64,000 nt of DNA from Eledone cirrhosa. Lineage: Eukaryota. Position 1 is the stretch's first letter, and each line of letters opens with the position of its first letter. Shown here piece after piece: positions 29,201 through 39,662 of the stretch. The stretch spans positions 17,050,001-17,114,000 of the forward strand of contig OZ024749.1 of assembly GCA_964016885.1 (NCBI GenBank), read 5' to 3'. A model generated the notes under the pieces. That model was not told the DNA's origin, did not search any database, and worked only from the letters and a program-made list of their open reading frames with translations. A program made the position numbers and the translations under genes.

Positions 29201-30950
29201 CTGGGTGCTTTTTGCTGTGTCTCTCACATGTCCTCTTTACAGCATGGGCTGGGTGCTTTTTGCTGTGTCTTTCACATGTCCACTTTACAGCATGGGCTGG
29301 GTGCTTTTTGCTGTGTCTCTCACATGTCCACTTTACAGCATGGGCTGGGTGCTTTTTGCTGTGTCTTTCACATGTCCACTTTGCAGCATGGGCTGGGTGC
29401 TTTTTGCTGTGTCTCTCACATGTCCACATTACAGCATGGGCTGGGTGCTTTTTGCTGTGTCTTTCACATGTCCACTTTGCAGCATGGGCTGGGTGCTTTT
29501 TGCTGTGTCTCTCACATGTCCACTTTGCAGCATGGGCTGGGTGCTTTTTGCTGTGTCTCTCACATGTCCACTTTACAGCATGGGCTGGGTGCTTTTTGCT
29601 GTGTCTCTCACATGTCCACTTTACAGCATGGGCTTGGTGCTTTTTGCTGTGTCTTTCACATGTCCACTCTATAGCATGGGCTGGGTGCTTTTTTCTGTGT
29701 CTCTCACATGTCCAATTTACAGCATGGGCTGGGTGCTTTTTGCTGTGTCTCTCACATGTCCACTCTACAGCATGGGCTGGCTGCTTTTTTCTGTGTCTGT
29801 CACATGTCCACTTTACAGCATGGGCTGGGTGCTTTTTGCTGTGTCTCTCACATGTCCACTTTACAGCATGGGCTGGGTGCTTTTTGCTGTGTCCCTCACA
29901 TGTCCTCTTTACAGCATGGGCTGGGTGCTTTTTGCTGTGTCTCTCACATGTCCACTTTACAGCATGGGCTGGGTGCTTTTTGCTGTGTCTTTCACATGTC
30001 CACTTTACAGCATGGGCTGGGTGCTTTTTGCTGTGTCTCTCACATGTCCACTTTACAGCATGGGCTGGGTGCTTTTTGCTGTGTCTTTCACATGTCCACT
30101 TTACAGCATGGGCTGGGTGCTTTTTGCTGTGTCTCTCACATGTCCACTTTACAGCATGGGCTTGGTGCTTTTTGCTGTGTCTTTCACATGTCCACTCTAT
30201 AGCATGGGCTGGGTGCTTTTTGCTGTGTCTCTCACATGTCCACTTTACAGCATGGGCTGGGTGCTTTTTGCTGTGTCCCTCACATATCCAATTTACAGCG
30301 TGGGCTGGGTGCTTTTTGCTGTGTTTTTCACATGTCCACTTTACAGCATGGGCTGGGTACTTTTTGCTGTGTCTCTCACATGTCCACTTTACAGCATGGG
30401 CTGGGTGCTCTTTGATGTGTCTCTCACATGTCCACTTTACAGCATGGGCTGGGTGCTTTTTGCTGTGTCTTTCACATGTCCACTCTATAGAATGGGCTGG
30501 GTGCTTTTTGCTGTGTCTCTCACATGTCCCCTCTACAGCATGGGCTAGGTGCTTTTTGCTGTGTCTCTCACACATCCACTCTACAGCATGGGCTGGGTGC
30601 TTTTTGCTGTGTTTTTCACATGTCCAATTTACAGCGTGGGCTGGGTGCTTTTTGCTGTGTTTTTCACATGTCCACTTTACAGCATGGGCTGGGTGCTTTT
30701 TGCTGTGTCTCTAACATGTCCACTTTACAGCATGGGCTGGGTGCTTTTTGCTTTGTCTCTCACATGTCCACTTTACAGCATGGGCTGGGTGCTTTTTGCT
30801 GTGTCTCTCACATGTCCACTTTACAGCATGGGCTGGGTGATTTTGCTGTGTCTCTAACATGTCCACTCTACAGCATGGGCTGGGTGCTTTTTGCTGTGTC
30901 TCTCACATGTCCACTCTACAGCATGGGCTGGGTGCTTTTTGCTGTGTCTC
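23257..30950. repeat. Higher-order repeat copy 3, partial and rearranged towards the array edge
   Basis: Offset to copy 1 is 23256 up to ~27900, then 23304 (+1 monomer), then 23640 (+7 more monomers) after ~30300. Confidence 0.88.
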
Positions 30951-31499
30951 TCACATGTCCACATTACAGCATGGGCTGGGTGCTTTTTGCTGTGTCTTTC
31001 ACATGTCCACTTTACAGCATGGGCTGGGTGCTTTTTGCTGTGTCTCTCACATGTCCACTTTACAGCATGGGCTGGGTGCTTTTTGCTGTGTCTTTCACAT
31101 GTCCACTTTGCAGCATGGGCTGGGTGCTTTTTGCTGTGTCTCTCACATGTCCACATTACAGCATGGGCTGGGTGCTTTTTGCTGTGTCTTTCACATGTAC
31201 ACTTTACAGCATGGGCTGGGTGCTTTTTGCTGTGTCTTTCACATGTACACTTTACAGCATGGACTGGGTGCTTTTTGCTGTGTCTTTCACATGTCCACTC
31301 TACAGCATGGGCTGGGTGCTTTTTGCTGTGTCTTTCACATGTCCACTTTACAGCATGGGCTGGGTGTTTTTTGCTGTGTCTTTCACATGTCCACTTTACA
31401 GCATGGGCTGGGTGCTTTTTGCTGTGGTTTTCAGACGTCTACTTTACAGTGTGGGATGTGTGGGTGGGGGCATGCTGTACATATGCTTCAATTTGTGTT

Positions 31500-32295
31500 C
31501 ATGGTAAGTCGGGTCTTCCGTATTACTGCACATCGCCAGAGATCCCGGCCACATGTCATCTCCTCTGAGAGGTACAATCGGGCAAGGTCAGCTTGTATCA
31601 CCTCACCCTGGTCTTCCAAGGTCACCCCACTTCAAGGCTTCCTATAACTGAGCCATCTGCACTTTTTTATGCAGCTGTCATCCTTCATACGCAACACATG
31701 TCCATACCAATGCAATCTCCTCTCCTTCACACAGCATTTGATTTCTCTTATGCCTAGTTTCTCTCTCAGTTCATTTATGCTTAAACTTTCTCGCATATTA
31801 CTATTACACATCCATCGGAGCATGCAGGCTTCATTTCTTTCCAATCTACACAAGTCTTCTGCATGCAGCACCCAAGTCTCACTACCATGTAACATAGCTG
31901 TATATACAGATACATCATACCATCTGCCTTTCATTCTGAGGGAGAAGCTTTTGTAGCAGTGGCAGTAGCTCCCTGAACTTCCTCCATCCCATTCTTACTC
32001 TGGTTACTGTACTTTCAGAACACGCAACATTGTTGCTAATTCGGTCACCTAAATAGAAGAAACTATCTACTGTTTCTACAGAGCCCTCTTACAATTTGGT
32101 AGCGCTTGTTCCTTTCGATCGTTTGCTGCTTACTGTTCCAGTGCAACTGCCACATCTAAAGCCTACATTCTTAGCTAAACTTACTGAGATCTCATTACAT
32201 CTCGTGTGTACCTATATTCTCCATATGGGTCAGAGGATGGAATGTCTACCAATGCCTTTCCTACATACTGGTCAAGGCCATTTCCCTGAGAGGAT
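31500..32295 (-). mobile_element. RTE-clade LINE, 5'-truncated 3' fragment (RT C-terminus), abutting the satellite
   Basis: Minus-strand ORF 31632-31934 (AMLHGSETW...LERNEACMLRWMC...RRLHWYGHVLRM), then GRPRVRx and RDLWRCAVIRKTR. Colinear with the end of the RTE at 51300-51810. Confidence 0.92.
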
Positions 32296-32443
32296 CTCGG
32301 TTCTGTTTTCTGGAATTTCTATCAATATATATATATATATATATATATTCTACATATTATATATGATGTTATCCAAAGGGAGGTCAATAGCTGATATAAC
32401 TTGGTGCCAGTGTCATAACAACTAATATATACCCTATATACAG

Positions 32444-32560
32444 ACGCGTGGCTGAGTAAGAGAATTGGATTCGCAATCGTTAGGTAGTGAGACTGATTCC
32501 CAGACCGGGCGATGCGTTATGTCCTTGAGCAAGACACTTTATTTCACGTTGCTCCTTCTA
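32444..32560 (+). mobile_element. tRNA-derived SINE fragment (CORE-like body)
   Basis: Degenerate A/B boxes (GTGGCTGAGT...GATTCCC) followed by GTCCTTGAGCAAGACACTTTATTTCACGTTGCTCC, shared with 52784-52958 and 39355-39460. Confidence 0.7.
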
Positions 32561-32706
32561 CCTGGAGTTGCAATTGGGAAGTATTAGCAATTGGAAAGAC
32601 CAATGGAAACATTGTTTTCTCGGTCCAATTTCACTAAAGTCTATCAACTATTGATTCAATATATATATATATATCTTTTTATTTGTAACATTATGACGAC
32701 GGTATG

Positions 32707-32858
32707 ATCTGAGTTCAAATCCCTCCGAGGTTAACTTTGCTTTTCATCCTTACGGGGTCGATAAAATAAAGTACCAGTAATGCACTGGGGTTGACTTAAT
32801 CTACTTTCCCCTCCACCAAAATTGTTGGTCTTATGCCTATATAAGGAACCAATATTAT
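32707..32858 (+). mobile_element. SINE with Nin/Deu-like central domain
   Basis: B box GAGTTCAAATCC followed by GAGGTTAACTTTGCTTTTCATCCTTACGGGGTCGATAAAATAAAGTACCAG. Four copies occur in the window. Confidence 0.75.
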
Positions 32859-33324
32859 CACGACGGTTATGTTAACAAATAAACTGTTTATTTAGATCTT
32901 TAAAAAATTATTTTAACATTAATTTAGATCAATTATAATAATTTTCTTTCATAGACATAATTTAATCATACATTGTAGTTTTAAATAAGTTAATAATAAT
33001 AATAAGTTAATAATTCATCGTATTTATATATATAAATAATAAAATATTTTATGTGCATAACTGTCCATCTATATGTATACATGTATGTATAAAAATATAT
33101 TTACATACATATATACATTTTCAGACGTATACACATAAGAGCATATATATATCTTTATATATATATAAATATATATATATATACACTTGTAAAATATTTA
33201 ATGGAATACATATCTATAAATATATGTGTGTAGATATATATATATATGTGTGTGTTTATATATATATGTTTTTCTTTGTATATTAATCATCTTTTAACAT
33301 ATATATGTGTATATAAAATATATA

Positions 33325-33399
33325 CAGGGTCTCCCCAAAAATGTATACACACTTCAACTACAGTCTATGTAAGTGTTCCTACATTTTTGGGGGAGACTG
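33325..33399. mobile_element. Short Tc1/mariner-type MITE
   Basis: TA|CAGGGTCTCCCCAAAAATGTA...TACATTTTTGGGGGAGACTG|TA: imperfect TIRs with TA flanks. Confidence 0.65.
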
Positions 33400-33745
33400 T
33401 AATATACATATCATTAAACGTGTCTCCTACATGTGTATAAATAAATATACATGTATTTTATTAACAATTTTGTGTAGAATCTGTTAAACATGGAAGAAAA
33501 TGAGGAGACTAAATAAAATTAACGTGTTGGTCACATTAACTTAATAATATAACTATATATTAATGAACTATGTCGAAATAAAAGTTGTAATTGTGACAAA
33601 AATATAGATTCAGTAGTTTATTATGACCAAGATTGAATATTTAATGGAATTAAGTGAAATTTATTAGGAAATAAGATAATAAAACAGTGAAATGTTGAGG
33701 TTAAAGGAGAGAAAAACAAAATGTCCTCTCTTTATAAACTTTAAT

Positions 33746-34109
33746 GTGGCTGAATTAGTAGCGGCTCAGCTTACTAACCTCAGCTCTCTCATCTTACAAG
33801 GGTTCGAATCTCACGTAGTTCACTATAGTGCCTACAGAGTTATCTCCTACTGCTTTTATATAGTATCACTGTTTACTGTAAAGAGGGCGCTACAATCATT
33901 TACTCGTGTGAGCAGTCAGGCTTACTAACGCCAGGACTAAAGTGTTACATGGTTCCAACATGACTCCCTTTACTATAGTGTCTACAGAGTTATCTCCTAC
34001 TGCTTTTATATAGTTTCACTGTTTACGCTACAGAGGGCGCTACAATCATTTACTAGTGTGAGCAGTCCGGCTTACTAACGCCAGGACTAAAGTGTTACAT
34101 GGTTCCAAC
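33746..34109 (+). mobile_element. tRNA-like (Pol III) head followed by a tandemly duplicated body with a 150-bp period; probable SINE
   Basis: A box TGGCTGAATTAGTA and B box GGTTCGAATCTC. Segment 33822-33959 is repeated at 33972-34109. Confidence 0.6.
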
Positions 34110-34774
34110 CGGGCTGGTTCCTTAATTTTTAAAAAGAGTTATCACCAATAGTCTTTCAGAGTTTCTTAGTTTACTCGAAAGGTGGCGTGGCGATCTGCTT
34201 TTATGAGGAGTAGTAAGAGACAATAATATATGTAAGGAGGAGGAGTGAGAGAGACAGAAAAACAAAACTGTGTTAATTCTCTTTCCCCTCTCTTCTTTTA
34301 CTCTATCTACGTCTTACTAGCAGTGTATCCCAGTGTTCCACGGGTAAGAACATTGGTAATAGCACCTCCAATGAGAAACCTTTATTTGTGAGTGCCTGTT
34401 AAAAACTCACAAACTGGACATGCTCACCGACATCCAGAGTTGACACTGCACTCAGTGCTCCTGTGGGAGCCCCTGCATGGACACACTGGTAGAGGAAGAT
34501 TGAGGTAAACATATGTTGATACCCTCAGGACAGACACTGGTCTGTTGGAGACGCAGGACATGGTAGTGATAATGAGGGACAGAGATGGCTGGAGAGACCT
34601 CGTCCATGGATCACGGGAATTTTACCCGTCCTAGAGAGATAGATATATTTTTATGTGTATATTTATATATATGTATATGTGTATATATATATGGGTATAT
34701 GTGTTTGTATGTGTATGTATATCTATACATATATATAAAAGTGAAATTGTGTGTGTGTCCTCATTTTTGCACTG

Positions 34775-34955
34775 TCAAGGAAGCAATAGAGATGTCGCAG
34801 CCTCAGCGCGTTTGCGCATCATCAGCCACGGCATGCCAAGCTCTCCACGCAACGGGTGTCGACAGCAGATAAATCGTCTGACCATGGAAGCACGTCCCTG
34901 CCATAAAAAGCAGAAGAGGAGGCGCTCCATTTTTGTCAGAGTTGGGCCGGGGCAA
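34775..34955 (-). mobile_element. L1/Tx1-like LINE RT C-terminal fragment
   Basis: Translation ERLLFCFLWQGRASMVRRFICCRHPLRGELGMP matches the F.W.G...V......P...GGLG.P motif of L1/Tx1 ORF2. Confidence 0.65.
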
Positions 34956-35076
34956 TATTTCCTAATTCCACTTAATTCCATTAAATATTCAATCTTGGTC
35001 GAAATAAATATTTTCATCTGTGACGATCTGTACAACCAATAATAGTAGGAGTCACGTTACATGATATGTATATATA

Positions 35077-35155
35077 CAGGGTGTCCCTAAAATATGTATA
35101 CATATTTACATAGACTGTAGTTTAAGTGTGTATACAATTTTTTGGCGAGACCCTG
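35077..35155. mobile_element. Short Tc1/mariner-type MITE (inverted paralogue of 33325-33399)
   Basis: TA|CAGGGTGTCCCTAAAATATGTATACA...TGTATACAATTTTTTGGCGAGACCCTG|TA. Confidence 0.7.
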
Positions 35156-35210
35156 TATATATTTTATATATACATATATATGTTAAAAGATGATTGATAT
35201 ATATATATAT

Positions 35211-35638
35211 CGTGTAGGCAACACGGTAAAAACCTCCCAGCCCCACACTGTAAATGTGGTTGGTGTTAGGAAGGGCATCCAACTGTAGAAAACCCGCCAG
35301 ACAGTCCACGCTGTAATGTGGCTGTGTAGGCAACACGGTAAAAACCTCCCAGCCCCACACTGTAAGTGTGGTTGGTGTTAGGAAGGGCATCCAGCTGTAG
35401 AAAACCCGCCAGACAGTCCACGCTGTAATGTGGCCGTGTAGGCAACACGGTAAAAACCTCCCAGCCCCACACTGTAAATGTGGTTGGTGTTAGGAAGGGC
35501 ATCCAGCTGTAGAAAACCCGCCAGACAGTCCTATGCGAGCAAGACAATCACTCTTGCCTCAAGTAGGAAAACCCCCGTCCAAACCCATGCAAGCGTGGAA
35601 CACGGACGTTAAACATTGATGATGATGATGATGATGAT
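35211..35638 (+). mobile_element. RTE 3'-end element (truncated LINE or RTE-tailed SINE) with ~3 x 112-bp internal repeats and a (GAT)n tail
   Basis: Units start at 35212, 35324 and 35436. The motifs TTAGGAAGGGCATCCAGC and AACCCATGCAAGCGTGGAA...GACGTTAAA(GAT)n are shared with the RTE 3' UTR at 51990-52210. Confidence 0.85.
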
Positions 35639-35869
35639 ATATATATCTACACTCATATGTATTTATATAGCTGGGAAAAAGCGGACGTAAAATGAAAATG
35701 AATGAAATGAAATGATATACATAAAGATATATATACTCTTACGTGTATACGTCTGAAAATGTATATATGTATGTAAACACATACTTTAACATACATGTTT
35801 ACATATAGATGGACAGTTATACATATACAATAACTTATTTCTATACATACATATACCACAAGGCATGGT

Positions 35870-38300
35870 GCTGCCAACTAACCAGACCTCCCTCATAATG
35901 GACCAGCTAGATCCCAAAATACAGGCCTGCTAGCCAACACACAGTCCCAATAAGTGTAAGTTACAGCATGTGCAATCATTTTCTTCAGTTCATCGTGATT
36001 TTTGGGTGTCCGTATGGCTCTGGTCCACCCGTGTGGGTTTTCTTGGCCATTGAGGTAATGGTAGGTGGTCTGCCTCTTGCTGGTCTTGTAGGGCACAGGT
36101 TGCTAAGGTCATATGTGTCTAGGTAATTATTACTATAGGTAAGCTTAAGTAGGAGTCCCAGCTCACTGGTATCAATCCCACGGAACTCAACATTGCTCTC
36201 ACTGATCATTTCTACGCATTTCTCCACAGCAAAATCCACGTCAATAGATGGATACAGGGACACAATATCCATACTAACTATTATGCAGTTTGTTAGGTCC
36301 CTAGATCGGTTACTCACGCCGATTCTGCTGAGGAGGTCTGTGCTGTCACATACATCTGGGGACATTTTGATGATGGGGCGTATGATCAGGGAGAGGAAGT
36401 AGGACAGTCTGTAGTTACAAGCAATGTTAGCTCCACAGACTAGCCGTGTTGGTGGTCCCGCGACAGGGTCACTGCCCGTTTTATGGTCTTTTCGAAGCCC
36501 ATACAACGCCGGCACGTCATTGTTCCAGGCCTGGAAGTTGTTGGCAGTCCTTTTGTTGGGCTGCATTATATTTGTCCACATCACCATATGGGCATTGAGG
36601 GCTTTTTCTCTATCCTCATGCTCCTGTGGTGTTACCTCTCTTGTGTTAGTGATGTGGGGTTGCATTGCCTGGATGTAGTTTGGCAGGCTGTTAACCGACA
36701 TTCTGCCAGACTTGTCTGTTGGAAAGCATGCTATCTCTCCATTACGTGAGCGCTGCATGAGCTTACGCAAGCCATTTGCAGATTTTTCTCCCAGTTGCTG
36801 GGCCTCCATTCTATTATGCTCCTTGCTATACTGTTCTATAATATTTCTAAGTTCGGATCTAGCTATACTAAATTGTGCTTCTGTTTGTTCATCGACCTGC
36901 GACGGCAATTGCGTGCGTTTGTTAAATGGTAAAGTCGTGGCGTGGACTCGTCGCAGGTCGAACGATTTATCGGAGGGATTATAAAAACTAGAGTTCCAGG
37001 CTGCTGCTTTATGTGTACTAGTGCTATTGTTATTGTTAGTTGTGTTGTTTCTATTTCTATTTCCACCAACAGCCTCATGGTTGTTTCTATGTCTCTCATA
37101 ATTACTCCTGTCTCTTTCCACTTGTTCATTGTTGTTATCTACCCTATTTTGTGTGTCTGTGTGTTCGTCTTGGTTATTTTCTTTGTCCTTAGTCTCCCTT
37201 CTCCTTTTAATCCTATTACTTTCCCTTATTTCTGTGATTTCTGTGCTACTGTCATTACTTGTTTTCTGTGTCTGTGTGTTTGTTACGATTGTGGTGGTGG
37301 TGAGCGGCATTGAATGTGTGTGTTGTTGTTGTTGATGTGTGCTGTTGTTGATGTGTGTTGTTGTCTCTGTGTGTGTTATTATTGTTGTGTGTGTTATTGT
37401 TGTTTGTGTCTGCGTGTCTGTTGTTGTTTCTGGGTATGTTACTATTGTTGGTTGTTGGTGTGTGTGTTGTTGTTATTGTTGTTTGTGTCTGTGTGTCTGT
37501 TGTTGTTGGGATGTGTGTTGTATATGTGTGTGCGTATATTGTTGCTTTTGTTTTTGTTTTTGAGGCTCCAGCGTAGTTTTGTAAATGATTTTTCTATTTC
37601 TGACAGACAACTAATCATATTTACCTTCTTGAATGTCGCATACTTAGGTGGAAGTTGTAATACAGATAATTCATCGTCATCTATTACTGTGTTGCCGTAT
37701 ATATTTGTGTTGTTGTTGTTGTTGAACTCATCTGTTAATGAGGTGTCGGCCATATTTATACCGTCAATTTTGTCAGAATATCTATTGGTATTCTCTATAG
37801 TATCCTGATTTAGCTCTATCTGCTTAAGCCACTTTAATTTCTTGTTAAAGTGCTGTATTAGGTTACGCTTATGTTTTTCTTGATGACTTAATTCTCTATA
37901 GATCTTCTTTTTTATGTTTAGAATTAGTGTTCGTTTTAGCCTATCTGCTTGTTTTTTGGTGAGTTGTAATCTTCTAACGTCGGTGTTGATGGTGTTGGTG
38001 TAGACTTGGGATGAGGCACATTCTTTTATGAAGTGTAGTTGTCAAGATGTTATGGTTTTTTGTAGACAACAGAACATGGTGGTTTTCAGTATCTTGTTAG
38101 CCTGGCTAAGGCTTACGATATTTCGTTTCTGAATTTGTTTAGCAAGATTCTTTATCTGAAATCGTGTGTTGAAACCGATATTGTTATACTTTGGGAGGGT
38201 CATGTTGCCAATAAGAAACACACGCACCAGTTGCTTTCACTTCAATTTATTATAATAAATTTATATATTTCTGGTTGGTTGGTTGGTTCCACAACCAGAT
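35870..38300 (-). mobile_element. Penelope-like element: 5' region and N-terminal/RT part of the ORF, interrupted and 3'-truncated
   Basis: ORF 35985-37310 has PLE RT motifs PTDKSG, LYGLRKDHK, PTRLV and SMDIVSLYPSID. Upstream fragment 37442-37753 has SVLQLPPKYA. The YxDD region is missing. Confidence 0.88.
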
Positions 38301-38315
38301 AGTTGTTTGTATATT

Positions 38316-38358
38316 GTCATAGTTCTTTCGTCACACACTCTGTGACCTCTTCAGTGAC
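38316..38358 (-). ncRNA. Minimal type I hammerhead ribozyme motif in the PLE pseudo-LTR
   Basis: Minus strand reads GUCA-CUGAAGA-G-GUCACA(GAGUG)UGUGAC-GAAA-G(AA)C-UA-UGAC: conserved core, 6-bp stem II, 4-bp stem I and a minimal stem III. Confidence 0.7.
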
Positions 38359-39200
38359 TGGGGATTCCTTTCTTTGTTTCTGTGCCTCTCCTTTGTTCTG
38401 TCCTACGCCATTTTGTTTCTGTGTGTGTGTTGTGTGCTCAGTCTGTGCATGAGCCACATCCGGGTGTCTGTGTGTGTTTATGTTCATTTATTTATTTGTT
38501 TATTTACATGTTACTGGTTGGTTGTTTGTTCTATGTGTGTGTGTGTTTTCATTTTGTCCTTAATTGTAAGTTGTGATGTTGCTGTTCCACTCATATTTTC
38601 TATTTAATTTTGGTTGTAGTTCTTTTATGTTTATTGCCTCTGTAATTTGTCTAAACATTGTGTCTTTTCTGTGTGTAGATTCTATTTTTATTTCTATGTT
38701 TTCTAATTTACCCTTGTGTTCTATTTTAGCATGTTGGTAGAGTACAGATGATTCTTTACTATCTTGAAGGTCTCGCCAGTGTTCATTTATCCGTTACCCT
38801 ACACTACGAGCTGTCTCACCTATGTACACTATATTTTTGTCTCTACATTGTCCTTCAGTACATCTTATGCTATACACTACATTTCTAGTTTTACAGTTAA
38901 TATGGGGGCTTATTTTACAGGTTATACATTTCTTATCTATACATGAGGGTCTTTGGAAAGGGTATGTCTTGCTAATAAGTGTTTTTACGGAGGTACCTGG
39001 TCTTTCTACTATCTTAATATTGAGTTTATGTTTATTGAGGGCCCTTCTAAATTTGTAAGCTAATTCACCTCTAGGGGTTGTATCGATGAACATTACACTC
39101 TGGTATTTATTGCTATCATACCATGAGTTTATTCTATTAGCCTTGTTCCTAGTTCTTTCTATTCTATTCCAAAATTTGCTCCTATACAAGGGGCAGGTCC
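38359..39200 (-). mobile_element. Penelope-like element: GIY-YIG endonuclease and 3' UTR of an upstream partial tandem copy
   Basis: ORF 38794-39189 has CIDKKCITC...NVVYSIRC...VYIGETARS. It continues past a stop as RINEHW...SVLYQHAKIEH...RQITEAINIKELQPKLN. Confidence 0.88.
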
Positions 39201-39354
39201 CTTATAATTGTTATAAATACCTTTTTCTAATGGAAGAAAAGATTTTAAAGTCAGCCAAGGGAGATCACTCTCAGCGACTTATTGTAAATCTTGTTCATGA
39301 ATTAATCCGGATTAAATTATTCTGGTGTATTTTTTGTGGAGGAAACCGGGTCTA

Positions 39355-39660
39355 TACGGTGATAGCACGTAATTCCCGAACGTATGGTTCGTGAGTTCGA
39401 ATCCCAGACCGGGTGCTCTGTGCGTTTGCGCCTTGAACAAGACATTTCACCCAGCTGGCAAAACTAATAAGTTGTACCAGTAATTATAGGGAAACATTGT
39501 TACATAGAACTGTCACACTGAATCTCCCTGAGAACAATGTCAAGGGAACACGTGTCAATGAAATACCCAGGCGCATTATAAGATGGATTCTATATGTATT
39601 TAAAAAGAAAGCCATGTCACACGTTTTGTCTCGCTGAATCTCCCTGAGAACTACGTAAAT
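39355..39660 (+). mobile_element. tRNA-derived SINE, degenerate
   Basis: B box GAGTTCGAATCCCAGACCGGG and CCTTGAACAAGACA, as in the 32444 copy. Internal duplication of CTGAATCTCCCTGAGAAC. Confidence 0.6.
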
Positions 39661-39662
39661 AC

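Larger units (their letters stand above)
1..31455. repeat. 48-bp satellite DNA array (~655 monomers; runs off the left edge of the window)
   Basis: Continuous head-to-tail monomers, consensus CACATGTCCACTTTACAGCATGGGCTGGGTGCTTTTTGCTGTGTCTCT, with occasional 47-bp monomers. The last monomer (~31410-31455) is degenerate. Confidence 0.99.

Noticed and set aside
1-31455. CRISPR-like array
   Set aside because: There are no unique spacers, monomers are contiguous, no cas genes are present and the context is eukaryotic.
1-31455. Chi-like GCTGG(G)TG, E-box CACATG and GGG tracts in the monomer as functional motifs
   Set aside because: Short motifs are expected by chance, there is no exact Chi site, and two G3 runs per 48 bp give weak support for a G-quadruplex.
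14-31647. Numerous long ORFs (up to 884 aa) in the satellite, including Cys/His-rich frames such as CERHSKKHPAHAVKWT and LLCLSHVHFTAWAGCF
   Set aside because: A 48-bp unit without stops in four frames gives long ORFs automatically. All three plus frames are open together, 1-bp deletions switch frames freely, and the Cys/His spacing is not C2H2.
33746-33826. tRNA gene
   Set aside because: A and B boxes are present, but I could not fold an acceptor stem or anticodon arm; treated as a SINE head.
34315-34870. Helitron/Helentron-like termini (TACTAGCAGT...CACGGG; ATCTATACATATATAAAAGTGAA; GCAACGGG)
   Set aside because: The motifs are short and inconsistently oriented, and the GCAACGGG segment is better explained as Tx1-like coding sequence.
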